Positions 49,315 through 59,760 of a stretch of 64,000 nt of DNA are shown here, piece by piece. Source of the stretch: Thermodesulfobacteriota bacterium (GTDB taxonomy: Bacteria > Desulfobacterota_D > UBA1144); NCBI GenBank assembly GCA_030835345.1, contig JAURPH010000006.1, forward strand, positions 68,088-132,087. Reading direction: 5' to 3'. Each line of letters starts with the position of its first letter. Within the stretch, counting starts at the first letter, position 1. A model generated the notes under the pieces. That model was not told the DNA's origin and did no database searches. It saw nothing but the letters and a program-made list of their open reading frames with translations. The translations under genes were made by a program, and so were the position numbers.

Positions 49315-50024
49315 TTGTTTATTTTAGCGTAAATTTTATTCACAGACTCATAAAGTCCTGAAAAAATTGCTTCTCCTATTATACTATGGCCTATATTAAA
49401 TTCTTTTATCTCTTTTATTGAAACAATCTTTGTTATATTTTTCAAATCTAAACCATGACCAGCAGCTAAATAAAGATTAAGTGATTGAGCGAATTTAGCA
49501 CTTTCTTTAATTTTCTTTAACTCAATATCTTTTTGATTCCCATGTGAATCAGTATATTTACCAGTATTAATTTCAATCCCATGAATTCCGAGAGTATTTG
49601 CTAGTGCTATTTGTTCAATATTTGAATCAATAAAAATCATAATTTGTATTTTAGAATTTAAATTATTCACTATTTTATGAATTTTTTTTATATTTTTTTT
49701 AAGATCTAAACCACCTTCCGTAGTTAATTCTAATCTTTTCTCGGGAACCAAAGTAACCATTTTTGGCTTAACTTTGTTTGCAATCAAAACCATTTCATCG
49801 GTTGGTGCCATTTCAAGATTAAGTGGAAGATTAATAGTTGATTTATATCTATATAAATCATTATCCTGTATATGCCTTCTATCTTCTCTAAGATGCATAA
49901 CAATACCATGAGCCTTGGTTTTTTTTATAATCTTACAAGCTTCTATAGGATCAGGATGTTTACCAAGCCTAGCTTGTCTTAAGGTTGCAACATGATCAAC
50001 ATTTATGTTTAAAATTTTTTCCAT
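49311..50024 (-). CDS. pdxJ: Pyridoxine 5'-phosphate synthase
   Basis: NVDHVATLRQAR, HLREDRRHI, LVPEKR.ELTTEGG, AGHGL, NIGHSI. Confidence 0.97.
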   Translation of the reverse strand: MEKILNINVDHVATLRQARLGKHPDPIEACKIIKKTKAHGIVMHLREDRRHIQDNDLYRYKSTINLPLNLEMAPTDEMVLIANKVKPKMVTLVPEKRLELTTEGGLDLKKNIKKIHKIVNNLNSKIQIMIFIDSNIEQIALANTLGIHGIEINTGKYTDSHGNQKDIELKKIKESAKFAQSLNLYLAAGHGLDLKNITKIVSIKEIKEFNIGHSIIGEAIFSGLYESVNKIYAKINK

Positions 50025-50025
50025 C

Positions 50026-51348
50026 TTAAAGTTCTTTTGCTAATTCTGAAAACTCCTTTATGTACTGGTTTATTGTAATTTTATCCTTACCTTGTATTAG
50101 GATTCTAATTTTATTCTCAGTTCCTGAATATCTTATATTTAAATAGTAGTCCTTATTTTTTCTTTTAAAATTTCTTTTAAATTTTACAATACTTATAATT
50201 TTTTCTAAATCTTCTTTTTTGATAACATCATAACTTTTTAATACACTAGGATTCATTTCTATATTATAAATTTGATTAAAATCTTTAGTTTTTTTTAAAA
50301 AATTACATATAAGAAGGAGTGTTAAGTTTGAATCAGAGGTCTTTAGTAAATTTTTAAAAATATAGTGACCTGAGTTTTCTCCACCAAAGTTAGAACCAGT
50401 TTTTAACATTGATTGGTAAACATTTCTATCACCAACATCAGTTTTAATAATTTTTATTCCCTTTTTTAATAAATTTTCCTCAATCGCATTATTTGTCATA
50501 ATTGTTGTTACAAATTTATCAGCTTTCTTTAGTAGTTTTGATGATAAAAAACTAAGCATTTTGTCACCACTTATTTCTCTTGCCTTACTGTCCAAGAATA
50601 TTACCCTGTCTGCATCTCCATCAAAAGCAACACCAAAATCAAGATTTTTATTTAGTATCAATTGCTTCAATGGATTTGTGTTTTCAACCCCAATACTGCT
50701 ATTTATATTTTTTCCATTTGGCTTATCGCCAATATAAAAACATTTATTTTTTGTCTTACCCATTATTTTTTTTGTTGCTATGTAAGAGGAGCCATTAGCT
50801 AAATCAATGCCAATTTTATAGGAATTTTTATTTATATACTTTCCTAAAATATAATCACAATATTCATCAATAGAATTATGGTAATTTACATTTAATTTAT
50901 TGTTGATTCTGGCTCTAGTTTTCTTCTTTTTAAAAGAATCATATGATCTTGATATGGTTTTTTGTTCACTATCATTAATTTTTTCACCTATGTTGTTAAA
51001 AATTTTAATTCCGTTGTATTTGAAATTATTATGGGAAGCTGTTATGACGATACCATATGATTTTGGATATTTACTACACATGATTGATACAGATGAAGTT
51101 GGAAGTATTCCAAGATCTGTAGTTCCAATTCCAAAAGTATTTAATCCTTTTTTTAAATTATTTTTTACAAAACTAGATGAGGACCTTGTATCAGATGCGA
51201 TGAAAACATTTTTTATTTCTAAGTCTTTTTCTGAAATTAATTTTCCAATTGATAAACCAATTGCTAATAGACCTTGTTTTGATAAAAAACCTTTATGTGG
51301 AAACCCTCTTATTCCATCAGTACCAAAAATCATTTTAATGCTCTCCAC
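50026..51348 (-). CDS. glmM: Phosphoglucosamine mutase
   Basis: FGTDGIRG, ITASHN, FDGDADR, GGENSGH, RYSGTE. Confidence 0.93.
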   Translation of the reverse strand: MESIKMIFGTDGIRGFPHKGFLSKQGLLAIGLSIGKLISEKDLEIKNVFIASDTRSSSSFVKNNLKKGLNTFGIGTTDLGILPTSSVSIMCSKYPKSYGIVITASHNNFKYNGIKIFNNIGEKINDSEQKTISRSYDSFKKKKTRARINNKLNVNYHNSIDEYCDYILGKYINKNSYKIGIDLANGSSYIATKKIMGKTKNKCFYIGDKPNGKNINSSIGVENTNPLKQLILNKNLDFGVAFDGDADRVIFLDSKAREISGDKMLSFLSSKLLKKADKFVTTIMTNNAIEENLLKKGIKIIKTDVGDRNVYQSMLKTGSNFGGENSGHYIFKNLLKTSDSNLTLLLICNFLKKTKDFNQIYNIEMNPSVLKSYDVIKKEDLEKIISIVKFKRNFKRKNKDYYLNIRYSGTENKIRILIQGKDKITINQYIKEFSELAKEL

Positions 51349-52160
51349 ATCTTAATCATTTCAACTGTTTCTTTAACATTATGAGTTCTTATTATATTCA
51401 CTCCATTCATTATTGAAAACAAGGAGCTAATTACAGAACCATTAACTCTTTCGTCAGGATTTTTTAAATTCAAGATATTACCTATAAAACTTTTGTTTGA
51501 TATTCCATACATAATAGGTCGTTTAAAAACCTTAAATCTATCAGCCTTTTTAATTAGATCAATATTTTGATTAAGTGTCTTTCCAAAGCCAATTCCTGGA
51601 TCAAGAACTAATGTATTTAGAGGAATCTTATTCCTTTTACAAGTATCTAAGATAGATTCAAAGAATTTGATTATGTCTTTGATAAGATTCCTATAATTAG
51701 TTTTTGCTTGCATCACATCAGGAAGCCCAGATGTATGATTTATTATCAAACCACATTTATAGTTAGATATAACTTTTGGCATTCTTTGATCATACATGAA
51801 ACCTGTTGCATCATTTATTATCTCTACACCATGATCTAAACCAATTTTAGCTATTTCACTTTTCATTGTATCTAGGGAAATAATTGGATTATATTTTTTT
51901 ATTATTTTACTAACAATAGGAAATAGTCTTTTTTTTTCTTCTTCAAAGGAAACTCTTTTTGAGCCTGGCCTTGTGGATTCAGCACCAATATCAATAATAT
52001 CTGCACCTTCATCTAAATACTTTTCCACGAGTTTATAAATATCTCTTAGATTATTATACTTGCCACCATCATAAAAAGAGTCTGGTGTAATATTAATTAC
52101 TCCTACTACTAAAGGGAAATTGTTTGTACGAAAAGTTTTAGAAGGAACTTTTAATAACAT
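51330..52160 (-). CDS. folP: Dihydropteroate synthase
   Basis: NITPDSF.DGG, GAESTRPG, DPGIGFGK, SNKSF, RTHNV. Confidence 0.96.
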   Translation of the reverse strand: MLLKVPSKTFRTNNFPLVVGVINITPDSFYDGGKYNNLRDIYKLVEKYLDEGADIIDIGAESTRPGSKRVSFEEEKKRLFPIVSKIIKKYNPIISLDTMKSEIAKIGLDHGVEIINDATGFMYDQRMPKVISNYKCGLIINHTSGLPDVMQAKTNYRNLIKDIIKFFESILDTCKRNKIPLNTLVLDPGIGFGKTLNQNIDLIKKADRFKVFKRPIMYGISNKSFIGNILNLKNPDERVNGSVISSLFSIMNGVNIIRTHNVKETVEMIKMWRALK

Positions 52161-52169
52161 GAAAGAGGG

Positions 52170-54077
52170 CTAATCCTCAATTTCTGAAAAAGCAGTAGTA
52201 GTTTCAGGTGTAATAGGTGACCAGTTCGAAGCTTTTTCTTGTTCATTGTTGCTAGGAGGTGATTTGATTTCTTCTTCTATTCCTAAAAGCTTATTAAGCT
52301 CTTTTGAATCAACAACCTCTTGCTCGAGAAGCAAATTGGCTAGGTCGTGGAGAAATTTTTCGTTTTCTTTAAGAAGGTTCATAGCTTCGTTGTTAGCATT
52401 AACAATAATACTTTTTATTTCGCTATCTATTATTTCACTTGTAGTGGGGCTTAATTGGCTGCCAGTTGACATTTCTTTTCCTAAAAAAACTTCACCCTCT
52501 TTTTTTGTTAATCTAATGGGACCAACTTTTTCAGACATTCCCCATTCTGTAACCATTTTTCGAGCAATTTCAGATGCTCTTTCTAAATCATTACCTGCAC
52601 CTGTAGTCCTTTCATTAAAAATTATTTCTTCAGCAGCACGTCCTGCAAGCAATATATTGATTGTTTTTAATAAATAATCTCGAGACATCATGTATTTGTC
52701 CTCAATAGGTATTTGCATTGTTAATCCTAGAGCCATACCTCTTGGAATAATTGTTACTTTATGTACAGGGTCTGTCCCAGGAGTTAGCTTAGCTACTAAA
52801 GCATGACCAGCTTCATGATATGCGGTTACTTTCCTTTCATGATCATTGATAACAAGACTTTTTCTTTCACTTCCCATGATAACTTTATCTTTAGCAAACT
52901 CTATGTCATTCATAGAAATTTTAGTATGGGATTCTCTAGCTGCTCTGATAGCAGCTTCATTAATTAGATTTTCTAAATCCGCACCAGAGAAACCAGGAGT
53001 TGACCTAGCAACAGTATTTAGTTCTACATCAGAGTCCAGTGGAACATTTTTAGAATGAACTTTTAATATCTCTTCGCGACCTTTGACATCAGGTTTAGGT
53101 ACAACAACCTGTCTATCAAATCTGCCAGGTCTTAATATAGCAGGATCAAGAACATCAGGCCTATTAGTTGCTGCCATAACAATAATTCCCTCAGTAGCTT
53201 CAAAGCCATCCATTTCTACTAATAATTGGTTTAGTGTCTGCTCTCTTTCATCATGACCACCGCCAAGACCTGCACCTCTGTGTCTGCCAACTGCATCTAA
53301 TTCGTCCACAAAAATTATACAAGGCGAATTTTTCTTAGCTTGTGCAAACAAATCTCTAACTCTAGATGCACCAACTCCAACAAACATCTCTACAAAATCA
53401 CTACCACTGATTATGAAAAAAGGAACTCCAGCTTCACCTGCGATAGCTTTTGCAAGTAAAGTTTTCCCTGTTCCAGGTGAACCAACAAGCAAGATTCCCT
53501 TTGGAATTCTACCGCCCAACTTAGTAAATTTTTTAGGGTTTTTCAAAAAATCAACTATTTCTTGAACTTCATCTTTGGCCTCATCAATTCCTGCTACATC
53601 GGCAAATGTTTTTTTATTATCTTCTTTTGAAAGCATTTTTGCTCTACTCTTCCCAAAGCTCATAGCACCTCTACCACCAGCCTGAATTTGTCTTATGAAG
53701 AAAATCATAAGTGCAATTAGAATTATCATTGGGGCCCAATTGATTAAAAAAGCAAGGAAACCACTTTCTTGGGTAGAAATAAATTTAAAATTTACCCTTT
53801 TTTCAGTCATTTGCTTTAAAAGATCATCCCCTGCAGGCCCATAAGTTTCAAAATAGACTGTTCCACCCGAACCATTAATAGGAATATATTGACCATTAAT
53901 TTGATTTCCCTTGATTTCAACTTCTAAAACTTCGCCAGAATCTACTCTGCTTAGGAATTCACTATATTGAATCTCTGTCGTGTTTTTCTTCCCTTCAGAC
54001 AGAATTTGGTATGCACCCATTAAAGATGCAAAGATAATAAACCATACAAATAAATTTTTTAAAAAACCTGAGTTCAT
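52170..54077 (-). CDS. ftsH: ATP-dependent zinc metalloprotease FtsH
   Basis: Two TM segments, [11 protein letters not shown] motif ([17 protein letters not shown]), HEAGH. Confidence 0.98.
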   Translation of the reverse strand: MNSGFLKNLFVWFIIFASLMGAYQILSEGKKNTTEIQYSEFLSRVDSGEVLEVEIKGNQINGQYIPINGSGGTVYFETYGPAGDDLLKQMTEKRVNFKFISTQESGFLAFLINWAPMIILIALMIFFIRQIQAGGRGAMSFGKSRAKMLSKEDNKKTFADVAGIDEAKDEVQEIVDFLKNPKKFTKLGGRIPKGILLVGSPGTGKTLLAKAIAGEAGVPFFIISGSDFVEMFVGVGASRVRDLFAQAKKNSPCIIFVDELDAVGRHRGAGLGGGHDEREQTLNQLLVEMDGFEATEGIIVMAATNRPDVLDPAILRPGRFDRQVVVPKPDVKGREEILKVHSKNVPLDSDVELNTVARSTPGFSGADLENLINEAAIRAARESHTKISMNDIEFAKDKVIMGSERKSLVINDHERKVTAYHEAGHALVAKLTPGTDPVHKVTIIPRGMALGLTMQIPIEDKYMMSRDYLLKTINILLAGRAAEEIIFNERTTGAGNDLERASEIARKMVTEWGMSEKVGPIRLTKKEGEVFLGKEMSTGSQLSPTTSEIIDSEIKSIIVNANNEAMNLLKENEKFLHDLANLLLEQEVVDSKELNKLLGIEEEIKSPPSNNEQEKASNWSPITPETTTAFSEIED

Positions 54078-54099
54078 ATTAGAAATATAACTAATAATT

Positions 54100-55020
54100 C
54101 TAGTTAAAGATACCGGTACTTAAGTATCTTTCACCAGTGTCACATAATATCGTAACCACCCTAGAGTTTGGAGGCAATTTTTTAGCTATTTCAATTGAGG
54201 CTAATACATTTGCGCCTGCAGATATTCCAACAAAAATACCATGATCTTTTGATAACTTTTTAGTCATTTCAATAGCATTTTGCCCCTTTATTTTTAAAAT
54301 TTCATCATAGGCTGCTTGATTTAAAGTCTCTGGAACAAATCCTGCACCAATCCCTTGTATTAAATGTGGATTAGCCGTACCATCAGTTAGAGTAGGGCAC
54401 TCATCTGGTTCGACAGCAATAATTTTAATATTTTCAATTTTTTCTTTTAAAACTTCTCCAACACCTGAGATTGTTCCACCAGTTCCAACCCCAGCAACAA
54501 ATGCATCAATATCACCATTCATTTGTTCTATGATTTCTATAGCTGTCGTTTTTTTATGAATTTCCGGATTATTGTCATTTTCAAATTGTTTAGGAGAGTA
54601 TGAATCTTCTGTTTTACCTATTATTTCTTTGGCCTTATCAATAGAGCCCTGCATTTGTAATTCTTTTGGAGTCAATATTACCTCTGCTCCATATGCAGTC
54701 AACATCATTCTTCTTTCTTCACTCATATCTTCTGGCATTGTTAAAATTAGCTTGTACCCCTTTGCTGCACAAACTAAAGCAAGTCCAATTCCTGTATTTC
54801 CACTAGTGGGTTCAACAATTGTAGTTTTTTCTGGACTTATTATTCCATCCTCTTCAGCTTTATTTATCATGTTTAAGCAAATTCTATCCTTAATACTCCC
54901 TCCAGGGCTTAAGCTTTCAATTTTTCCATAAATCTCAGATTTTTGATTTTGGTATAAATCATCTAATCTAATAACTGGTGTATTAGATATTGTTTCCAGG
55001 ATACTTTTAAATACTTTCAT
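54100..55020 (-). CDS. cysK: Cysteine synthase A
   Basis: PGGSIKDR, EPTSGNTG, GVGTGGT, IQGIGAGF, DTGERYLST. Confidence 0.95.
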   Translation of the reverse strand: MKVFKSILETISNTPVIRLDDLYQNQKSEIYGKIESLSPGGSIKDRICLNMINKAEEDGIISPEKTTIVEPTSGNTGIGLALVCAAKGYKLILTMPEDMSEERRMMLTAYGAEVILTPKELQMQGSIDKAKEIIGKTEDSYSPKQFENDNNPEIHKKTTAIEIIEQMNGDIDAFVAGVGTGGTISGVGEVLKEKIENIKIIAVEPDECPTLTDGTANPHLIQGIGAGFVPETLNQAAYDEILKIKGQNAIEMTKKLSKDHGIFVGISAGANVLASIEIAKKLPPNSRVVTILCDTGERYLSTGIFN

Positions 55021-55024
55021 AATA

Positions 55025-55219
55025 CTATTTAAATTTCCTATTTATAACTAAAACTATTACTTTATTAAATATTTCAATGTCATAATTGTAAAGTTGAGCT
55101 AGGTAGGGAGATAAATCATTAAAAAGTAATTCTTTTTTCATCCCCTCATTTTTAATTTTCAATACAATTGCTTTTAACTTTTGGTCTTCAATATTTTGGA
55201 TAATTTCTTTAAAGCTCAT
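55025..55219 (-). CDS. Small hypothetical protein
   Basis: 64-aa ORF filling the gap upstream of cysK in the same orientation; -10-like TAGATT 6 nt upstream. Confidence 0.6.
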   Translation of the reverse strand: MSFKEIIQNIEDQKLKAIVLKIKNEGMKKELLFNDLSPYLAQLYNYDIEIFNKVIVLVINRKFK

Positions 55220-55243
55220 AAACTAAATCTACATTATGAAAAA

Positions 55244-56056
55244 CTAAAATAAAGACTTAATAAGACCACCATCTACTTGAATAGAGTTGCCGGTAATGTA
55301 GCTTGCTTTCTCCGAACATAAAAAAGCCACAAGAGGACCAAACTCATCTGTTCTCCCTAGCCTTTTTATTGGCAAATCTTCGCCCATCATTTGTAATATA
55401 TCATTGAGTTCAATATTTATTTCATTTTCTAACAGATAATTCTTAACCTTTTTTTCTGCAATTTCTTTTATTCTATCAGTAATAATTCTCCCAGGTAAAA
55501 CATTATTAACCATAATGTTATTACTTGCATACTGGTTAGAAATAGATTTTGAAAAAGCTATAACCCCAGCTCTTGTTATGTTGGATAGTATCAAGTTGTC
55601 TATTGGTTGTTTAGCTGACGATGACCCTATGTTAACAATTCTGCCCCAATTATTAGATTTCATAATTGGCAATACAAGCTTTGTTAATAGAAATACATTC
55701 TTTAGATTTTTATCTAATGCTTCATTAAGATTATCATTTGTTATAGACTCAATATCTCCTTGCTCAGGACCACCACAATTATTTACTAAAATATCTATTT
55801 TTGATGATTTGGATAAAGTAAATTTAAACAAATCAACTACTCCTTCTTCTTTTGATAAATCTGAGATAAATGTAAAAAACTTTCCTGAATAATTTTTAGA
55901 TAAAAGATAATCTGAAACATTTTTTATGTTTGCTTTCTTAGAGGAAGAAACTATAACATTACATCCTTCATCTAGAAGTGATTCTGCAACTGATAATCCT
56001 AGACCTTTAGAAGATGCACATACGATTGCCGTTTTATTCCTTATTCCTAAATCCAT
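55244..56056 (-). CDS. SDR family oxidoreductase
   Basis: MDLGI, ASSKGLG, NNCGGP, LSNITRA, VLPG.I.TDR, SYITG..I.VDGG. Confidence 0.9.
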   Translation of the reverse strand: MDLGIRNKTAIVCASSKGLGLSVAESLLDEGCNVIVSSSKKANIKNVSDYLLSKNYSGKFFTFISDLSKEEGVVDLFKFTLSKSSKIDILVNNCGGPEQGDIESITNDNLNEALDKNLKNVFLLTKLVLPIMKSNNWGRIVNIGSSSAKQPIDNLILSNITRAGVIAFSKSISNQYASNNIMVNNVLPGRIITDRIKEIAEKKVKNYLLENEINIELNDILQMMGEDLPIKRLGRTDEFGPLVAFLCSEKASYITGNSIQVDGGLIKSLF

Positions 56057-56120
56057 ACAATCATATTAATGTATAATGACAATATGCCAAAAACAATATA
56101 AAAAACAGGAGGATTGTTAA

Positions 56121-56669
56121 ATGTTAAAAGTTGATTTAATTTTAAAAGAATGGTCTTCAGTCTTTAGTTTTTTTGAATTAAAAAAATATTGCATGATTTT
56201 TAGAAAAGGCGGTATTCATGAAAAAGAGTTCCTTGAAACAGATTCTTATTTTGGGATCTTTAAGACCTATGAGCATGAATCAACTGAAACCGTTAAGCCA
56301 TCATGTAAAAGTTTTTTAACTAATTTAACTGTAGATTATAGTGGGACATTTGATCTAGAATATATAGCAAAAATAAAAAAATCGTACTTAGTTGATAGCC
56401 TTGAAAAACTTGAAGTGTTAGATGAATTTTCACCATGGAGCCTTGAATATCTGAAAGATCGATATAATTTTAAACCCAAAAATCCCTTAAATTGTTATTT
56501 TTTAGAGCTTAGAAAACTCAAAATACCTGAAAAAGTATTGTATTCACCTGAGGAAGCAAAAGGATGTAAGTCATGGTTTAGTCCAGTTAATGATATAAAA
56601 ATTTATTCATCATCATTAATTAATGATCCAATGAACGAAAATAAAGTTTATTCGAGAGTTGGCATTTAA
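56121..56669 (+). CDS. DUF1802 family protein
   Basis: LKEW, FRKGGIHE, TYEH, W......R...KP, GCKSW; SD AGGAGG. Confidence 0.75.
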   Translation: MLKVDLILKEWSSVFSFFELKKYCMIFRKGGIHEKEFLETDSYFGIFKTYEHESTETVKPSCKSFLTNLTVDYSGTFDLEYIAKIKKSYLVDSLEKLEVLDEFSPWSLEYLKDRYNFKPKNPLNCYFLELRKLKIPEKVLYSPEEAKGCKSWFSPVNDIKIYSSSLINDPMNENKVYSRVGI

Positions 56670-56670
56670 A

Positions 56671-56991
56671 TTATTTTTTCTTTGCTTTTTTTACATCTTT
56701 ACTAATTGAATCAGCAATAGCTTTTCCATCTTTTTTCTCTGACGATATAGACTGTGAGGTTGCATCTTTCCCTTGGTCTTCTTTAACCGGGGTAGGGGCC
56801 TGGGGTTTTTTTGAATAATCTGATGAAAACCAGCCATCTCCTTTTAATTGAAAAGAAGATAGTGATATTAATTTTTCTAATTTACCGCCACATTTTGGTT
56901 TTTCACATTTTTTTAAATCTTTATCACCGAAAGATTGTAATTCTTCAGTAATTGCGTCGCATTTCAAACATTTATATTCATAGATTGGCAT
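56671..56991 (-). CDS. FmdB family zinc-ribbon protein
   Basis: MPIYEYKC..C, C....CGG, FQLKGDGWF..DY, low-complexity tail. Confidence 0.9.
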   Translation of the reverse strand: MPIYEYKCLKCDAITEELQSFGDKDLKKCEKPKCGGKLEKLISLSSFQLKGDGWFSSDYSKKPQAPTPVKEDQGKDATSQSISSEKKDGKAIADSISKDVKKAKKK

Positions 56992-57031
56992 ATAAACTCC
57001 CCTTTATTGAAATTAATAAGATATAAAAAAA

Positions 57032-57775
57032 TTAAAAGTTTTGCAAGGCCCCAATATATTCACGAGCATTAAATTTGTAGCCTGACTCGGTAGCTTCATC
57101 AGAAGATAAATATATAATTATTGGCAGAATATCATTAGGTGAAGGAAGCTGTGTCTGATCTTCATCGGGATATGCTTCCTTTCTCATTTTTGTTGCCGTA
57201 CCACCTGGATTCACTGAATTTACAATGATATTGTATTTTGTTAATTCTTGGCAAAGAATATCAGTCAGTGCCTCAAGACCTGCTTTAGAAACAGAGTAAG
57301 CTCCCCAGTTTTCTCTTGGTGCCCTTCCGACAGAAGAAGAAATATTAATAATTGATCCTTTTTTTGACTCTTTTAGCAATGGTAGCAGCTCTTTAGATAA
57401 TAAGACTTGACCATTTAGGTTAATATTTATCACTTCTATCCATTTTTTTATATCATAATCTTCGATTGTTGTTGTTTGACCTAAAATTCCAGCATTATTT
57501 ATTAGCACATCTAATTTCCCAAAAGTTTTTGATACATAATTAGACAACTTTAGGATTTCATCAAGATTTCCTAGTTCTAAAGAATAGGGATAAAAATTTC
57601 TTGGGAATTTTTCACTGATTACTCTTAAATTATTATTTGATCTTGATGTTCCAATAACAATGTTACCCAAATCTAACAGCTTTTCTGCAATAGCTTTTCC
57701 TATTCCACTAGAGGCACCAGTTACTAATACAGTTTTTGATTTCAAAAATTGAAGGTCAAGATTTTCAATTGCCAT
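57032..57775 (-). CDS. SDR family oxidoreductase (YciK-like)
   Basis: TGASSGIG, NNAG, SSSVGR...WGAYSVSK, NPGGTAT.MR..AYP.ED. Confidence 0.9.
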   Translation of the reverse strand: MAIENLDLQFLKSKTVLVTGASSGIGKAIAEKLLDLGNIVIGTSRSNNNLRVISEKFPRNFYPYSLELGNLDEILKLSNYVSKTFGKLDVLINNAGILGQTTTIEDYDIKKWIEVININLNGQVLLSKELLPLLKESKKGSIINISSSVGRAPRENWGAYSVSKAGLEALTDILCQELTKYNIIVNSVNPGGTATKMRKEAYPDEDQTQLPSPNDILPIIIYLSSDEATESGYKFNAREYIGALQNF

Positions 57776-57815
57776 AATCTAATACTAACTTAATTTTCCA
57801 TTTCTTTGAATCAAG

Positions 57816-58214
57816 TTATTTGCTAGATGCTAAACCTAAATAGAAAGTAATAAATAATGGAAAGAGTCCTGAAAAGAAAATTAAATTTATAGAACCTATC
57901 GCAGACATAAATGTAGGAATAAAAAGAGCAATAACATATGCAATAGGTATCCATTCATTTGATCCTATATCATTTACTCTTTTTTTCGCAAGGAAAAACG
58001 ATGAAATTAAAACAAAAATTCCATAAAATCTTGGAAGCATTTTAGACATAAAAAAAGCTAAAAAAGATATTTTAGTGGGCTCATAAGATGTGAAAATGTT
58101 TTCTCCAACAAATGTTATAAGAACGGAAGATAAATTTAGTATTAAAATAGATATCCAAAAATTTTTCCTATCCAACTTTCCTTGAGTAGAAAATAATAGC
58201 CAAAACAAATTCAT
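57816..58214 (-). CDS. DUF805 family membrane protein
   Basis: FS..G.L.R..FW, KR.NDIG, hydrophobic helices. Confidence 0.8.
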   Translation of the reverse strand: MNLFWLLFSTQGKLDRKNFWISILILNLSSVLITFVGENIFTSYEPTKISFLAFFMSKMLPRFYGIFVLISSFFLAKKRVNDIGSNEWIPIAYVIALFIPTFMSAIGSINLIFFSGLFPLFITFYLGLASSK

Positions 58215-58349
58215 AAGAAGATTTTAAACTAATTACTCTTCTATAAAAAGTATTGACTTATTACTTAAAAAATTGATAGAACTAAATTATATCCAATGAG
58301 TTCCTTTTCTTACATTCATGCTCAATTCATTTGAACAAATATAGGAGTT

Positions 58350-58517
58350 ATGATGTCAAAAGATGAATTTGAAGTGCTTAAAGCTAAGCATAGAGCATTA
58401 GAGATAGAAATTAAAGAACTTTGGAATCTACATGTTTCAACTTCATTAATGAAAAAGTTGAAATACGAAAAAGCTAAAATACGATTGAAGCTCGCTTTGT
58501 TGAAGAAAAAGAATTAA
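58350..58517 (+). CDS. Small YdcH/DUF465-like coiled-coil protein (absent from ORF track; start may be 58353)
   Basis: MMSKDEFEVLKAKHRALEIEIKELWNLHVSTSLMKKLKYEKAKIRLKLALLKKKN; SD AGGAG at 58343-58347. Confidence 0.7.
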   Translation: MMSKDEFEVLKAKHRALEIEIKELWNLHVSTSLMKKLKYEKAKIRLKLALLKKKN

Positions 58518-58556
58518 TTAATTTACTAATTTATTAAAATCTAGTAGGTTATAATT

Positions 58557-59069
58557 GTGTTGAATTTTTTTCTAATTTTACTCTTAAGTACAAGTCCAAT
58601 TTATGCACAAAATAAGAATTTCATTAAATTAATAACTGATTGTTCAAACAAAATCCAAAATAGCTATACTGATAATCAAAAGATACCCTTAGAGCTTTTA
58701 CTAGCTCAAGCTATTATTGAATCTAATTGGGGTAAATCAAGATTTGCCATTGAAGGTAATAATTATTTTGGAATACGAACATGGGATGACAGTGTTCCTC
58801 AATTAAAACCCTTAAAAAGACCTGATGCCAATTTTGGACTACAAGTTTATAAAAATGCCTGTGAATCTGTTGAGCACTATCTTGAAACTCTAAATAGGTC
58901 TAATCAATATCAAAGTTTACGAAAAATCAGGGAATTAGAGTTAAGACTATGGGGTGAGGTAGATCCAGAGGTATTAGCAATGGGGTTAACTAATTATTCA
59001 GAAGAAAAAAATGAATATATTAGCAAAATTAAAGAAAAAATTAGAATTTTAAAAAAGAGAACTAATTAA
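58557..59069 (+). CDS. Exported glucosaminidase-domain protein (Bax/FlgJ-like, GH73)
   Basis: Signal peptide, LAQAIIESNWGKSRFA.EGNNYFGI, Y...LN....Y..LR, YS....Y. Confidence 0.88.
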   Translation: MLNFFLILLLSTSPIYAQNKNFIKLITDCSNKIQNSYTDNQKIPLELLLAQAIIESNWGKSRFAIEGNNYFGIRTWDDSVPQLKPLKRPDANFGLQVYKNACESVEHYLETLNRSNQYQSLRKIRELELRLWGEVDPEVLAMGLTNYSEEKNEYISKIKEKIRILKKRTN

Positions 59070-59376
59070 TTTTTTTTAAAATATTGTTTTTTGGGAAGTA
59101 GACATATTCCTCATTTTTTCCATCATAAGTTCTTTTAATAATTATTGTATCTTCGTCGATTGCAAACTTACAATTATATTCACCTCCCTTGTTTTTGAAA
59201 ATATTTTCCCCACACAAGTCTGTTGCCGTATCTTTTATTGGTTTTAAATATGTTGCAATATTAGGCCTCATAGAGTATTCAAAAACAAAGTCTTTGTAAT
59301 CGTAAAAAGAATTGTTAGAATCTGCTATGAGATTAAAGGGTAAAAAAAATATAAATAAAAGTAATTTATTAAGCAT
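59062..59376 (-). CDS. Hypothetical exported protein
   Basis: 104 aa, signal-peptide-like N terminus, two Cys; overlaps upstream ORF stop. Confidence 0.55.
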   Translation of the reverse strand: MLNKLLLFIFFLPFNLIADSNNSFYDYKDFVFEYSMRPNIATYLKPIKDTATDLCGENIFKNKGGEYNCKFAIDEDTIIIKRTYDGKNEEYVYFPKNNILKKIN

Positions 59377-59689
59377 AAACTTTAACCCTTCCTTTTCTTA
59401 TGAATTTTAATCTAAAAATCAAAGGTATGTAAAAATATAAAAACTGTAATTCTATCAATTTAGGGTAGTTCTCAAATAAAAAGTAGTAGACCGGTACTAA
59501 AATAAATGTAATTGGAAAGAGAAGAACTGATAATAGAGAAATAAATATATTATGGAATATAAACATTACCTGCCAAAATTTTATAAGAAAATATACAAAC
59601 AATATAAGTAAATAAATATTTGCAAATCCATGAATTTTATTATTTCGGATTCTTAGATCCAAAATCGGTGTGATTATTGGAATGAACAA
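59369..59689 (-). CDS. Hypothetical membrane protein
   Basis: 106 aa, about 3 hydrophobic segments; TTG start with AGGAG SD. Confidence 0.55.
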   Translation of the reverse strand: MFIPIITPILDLRIRNNKIHGFANIYLLILFVYFLIKFWQVMFIFHNIFISLLSVLLFPITFILVPVYYFLFENYPKLIELQFLYFYIPLIFRLKFIRKGRVKVYA

Positions 59690-59760
59690 GTGGTCTCCTA
59701 TAAATTAAAAATGATTATTTAATAAAAATATAACTTACTTGGTGTTACTATAAACAATCT

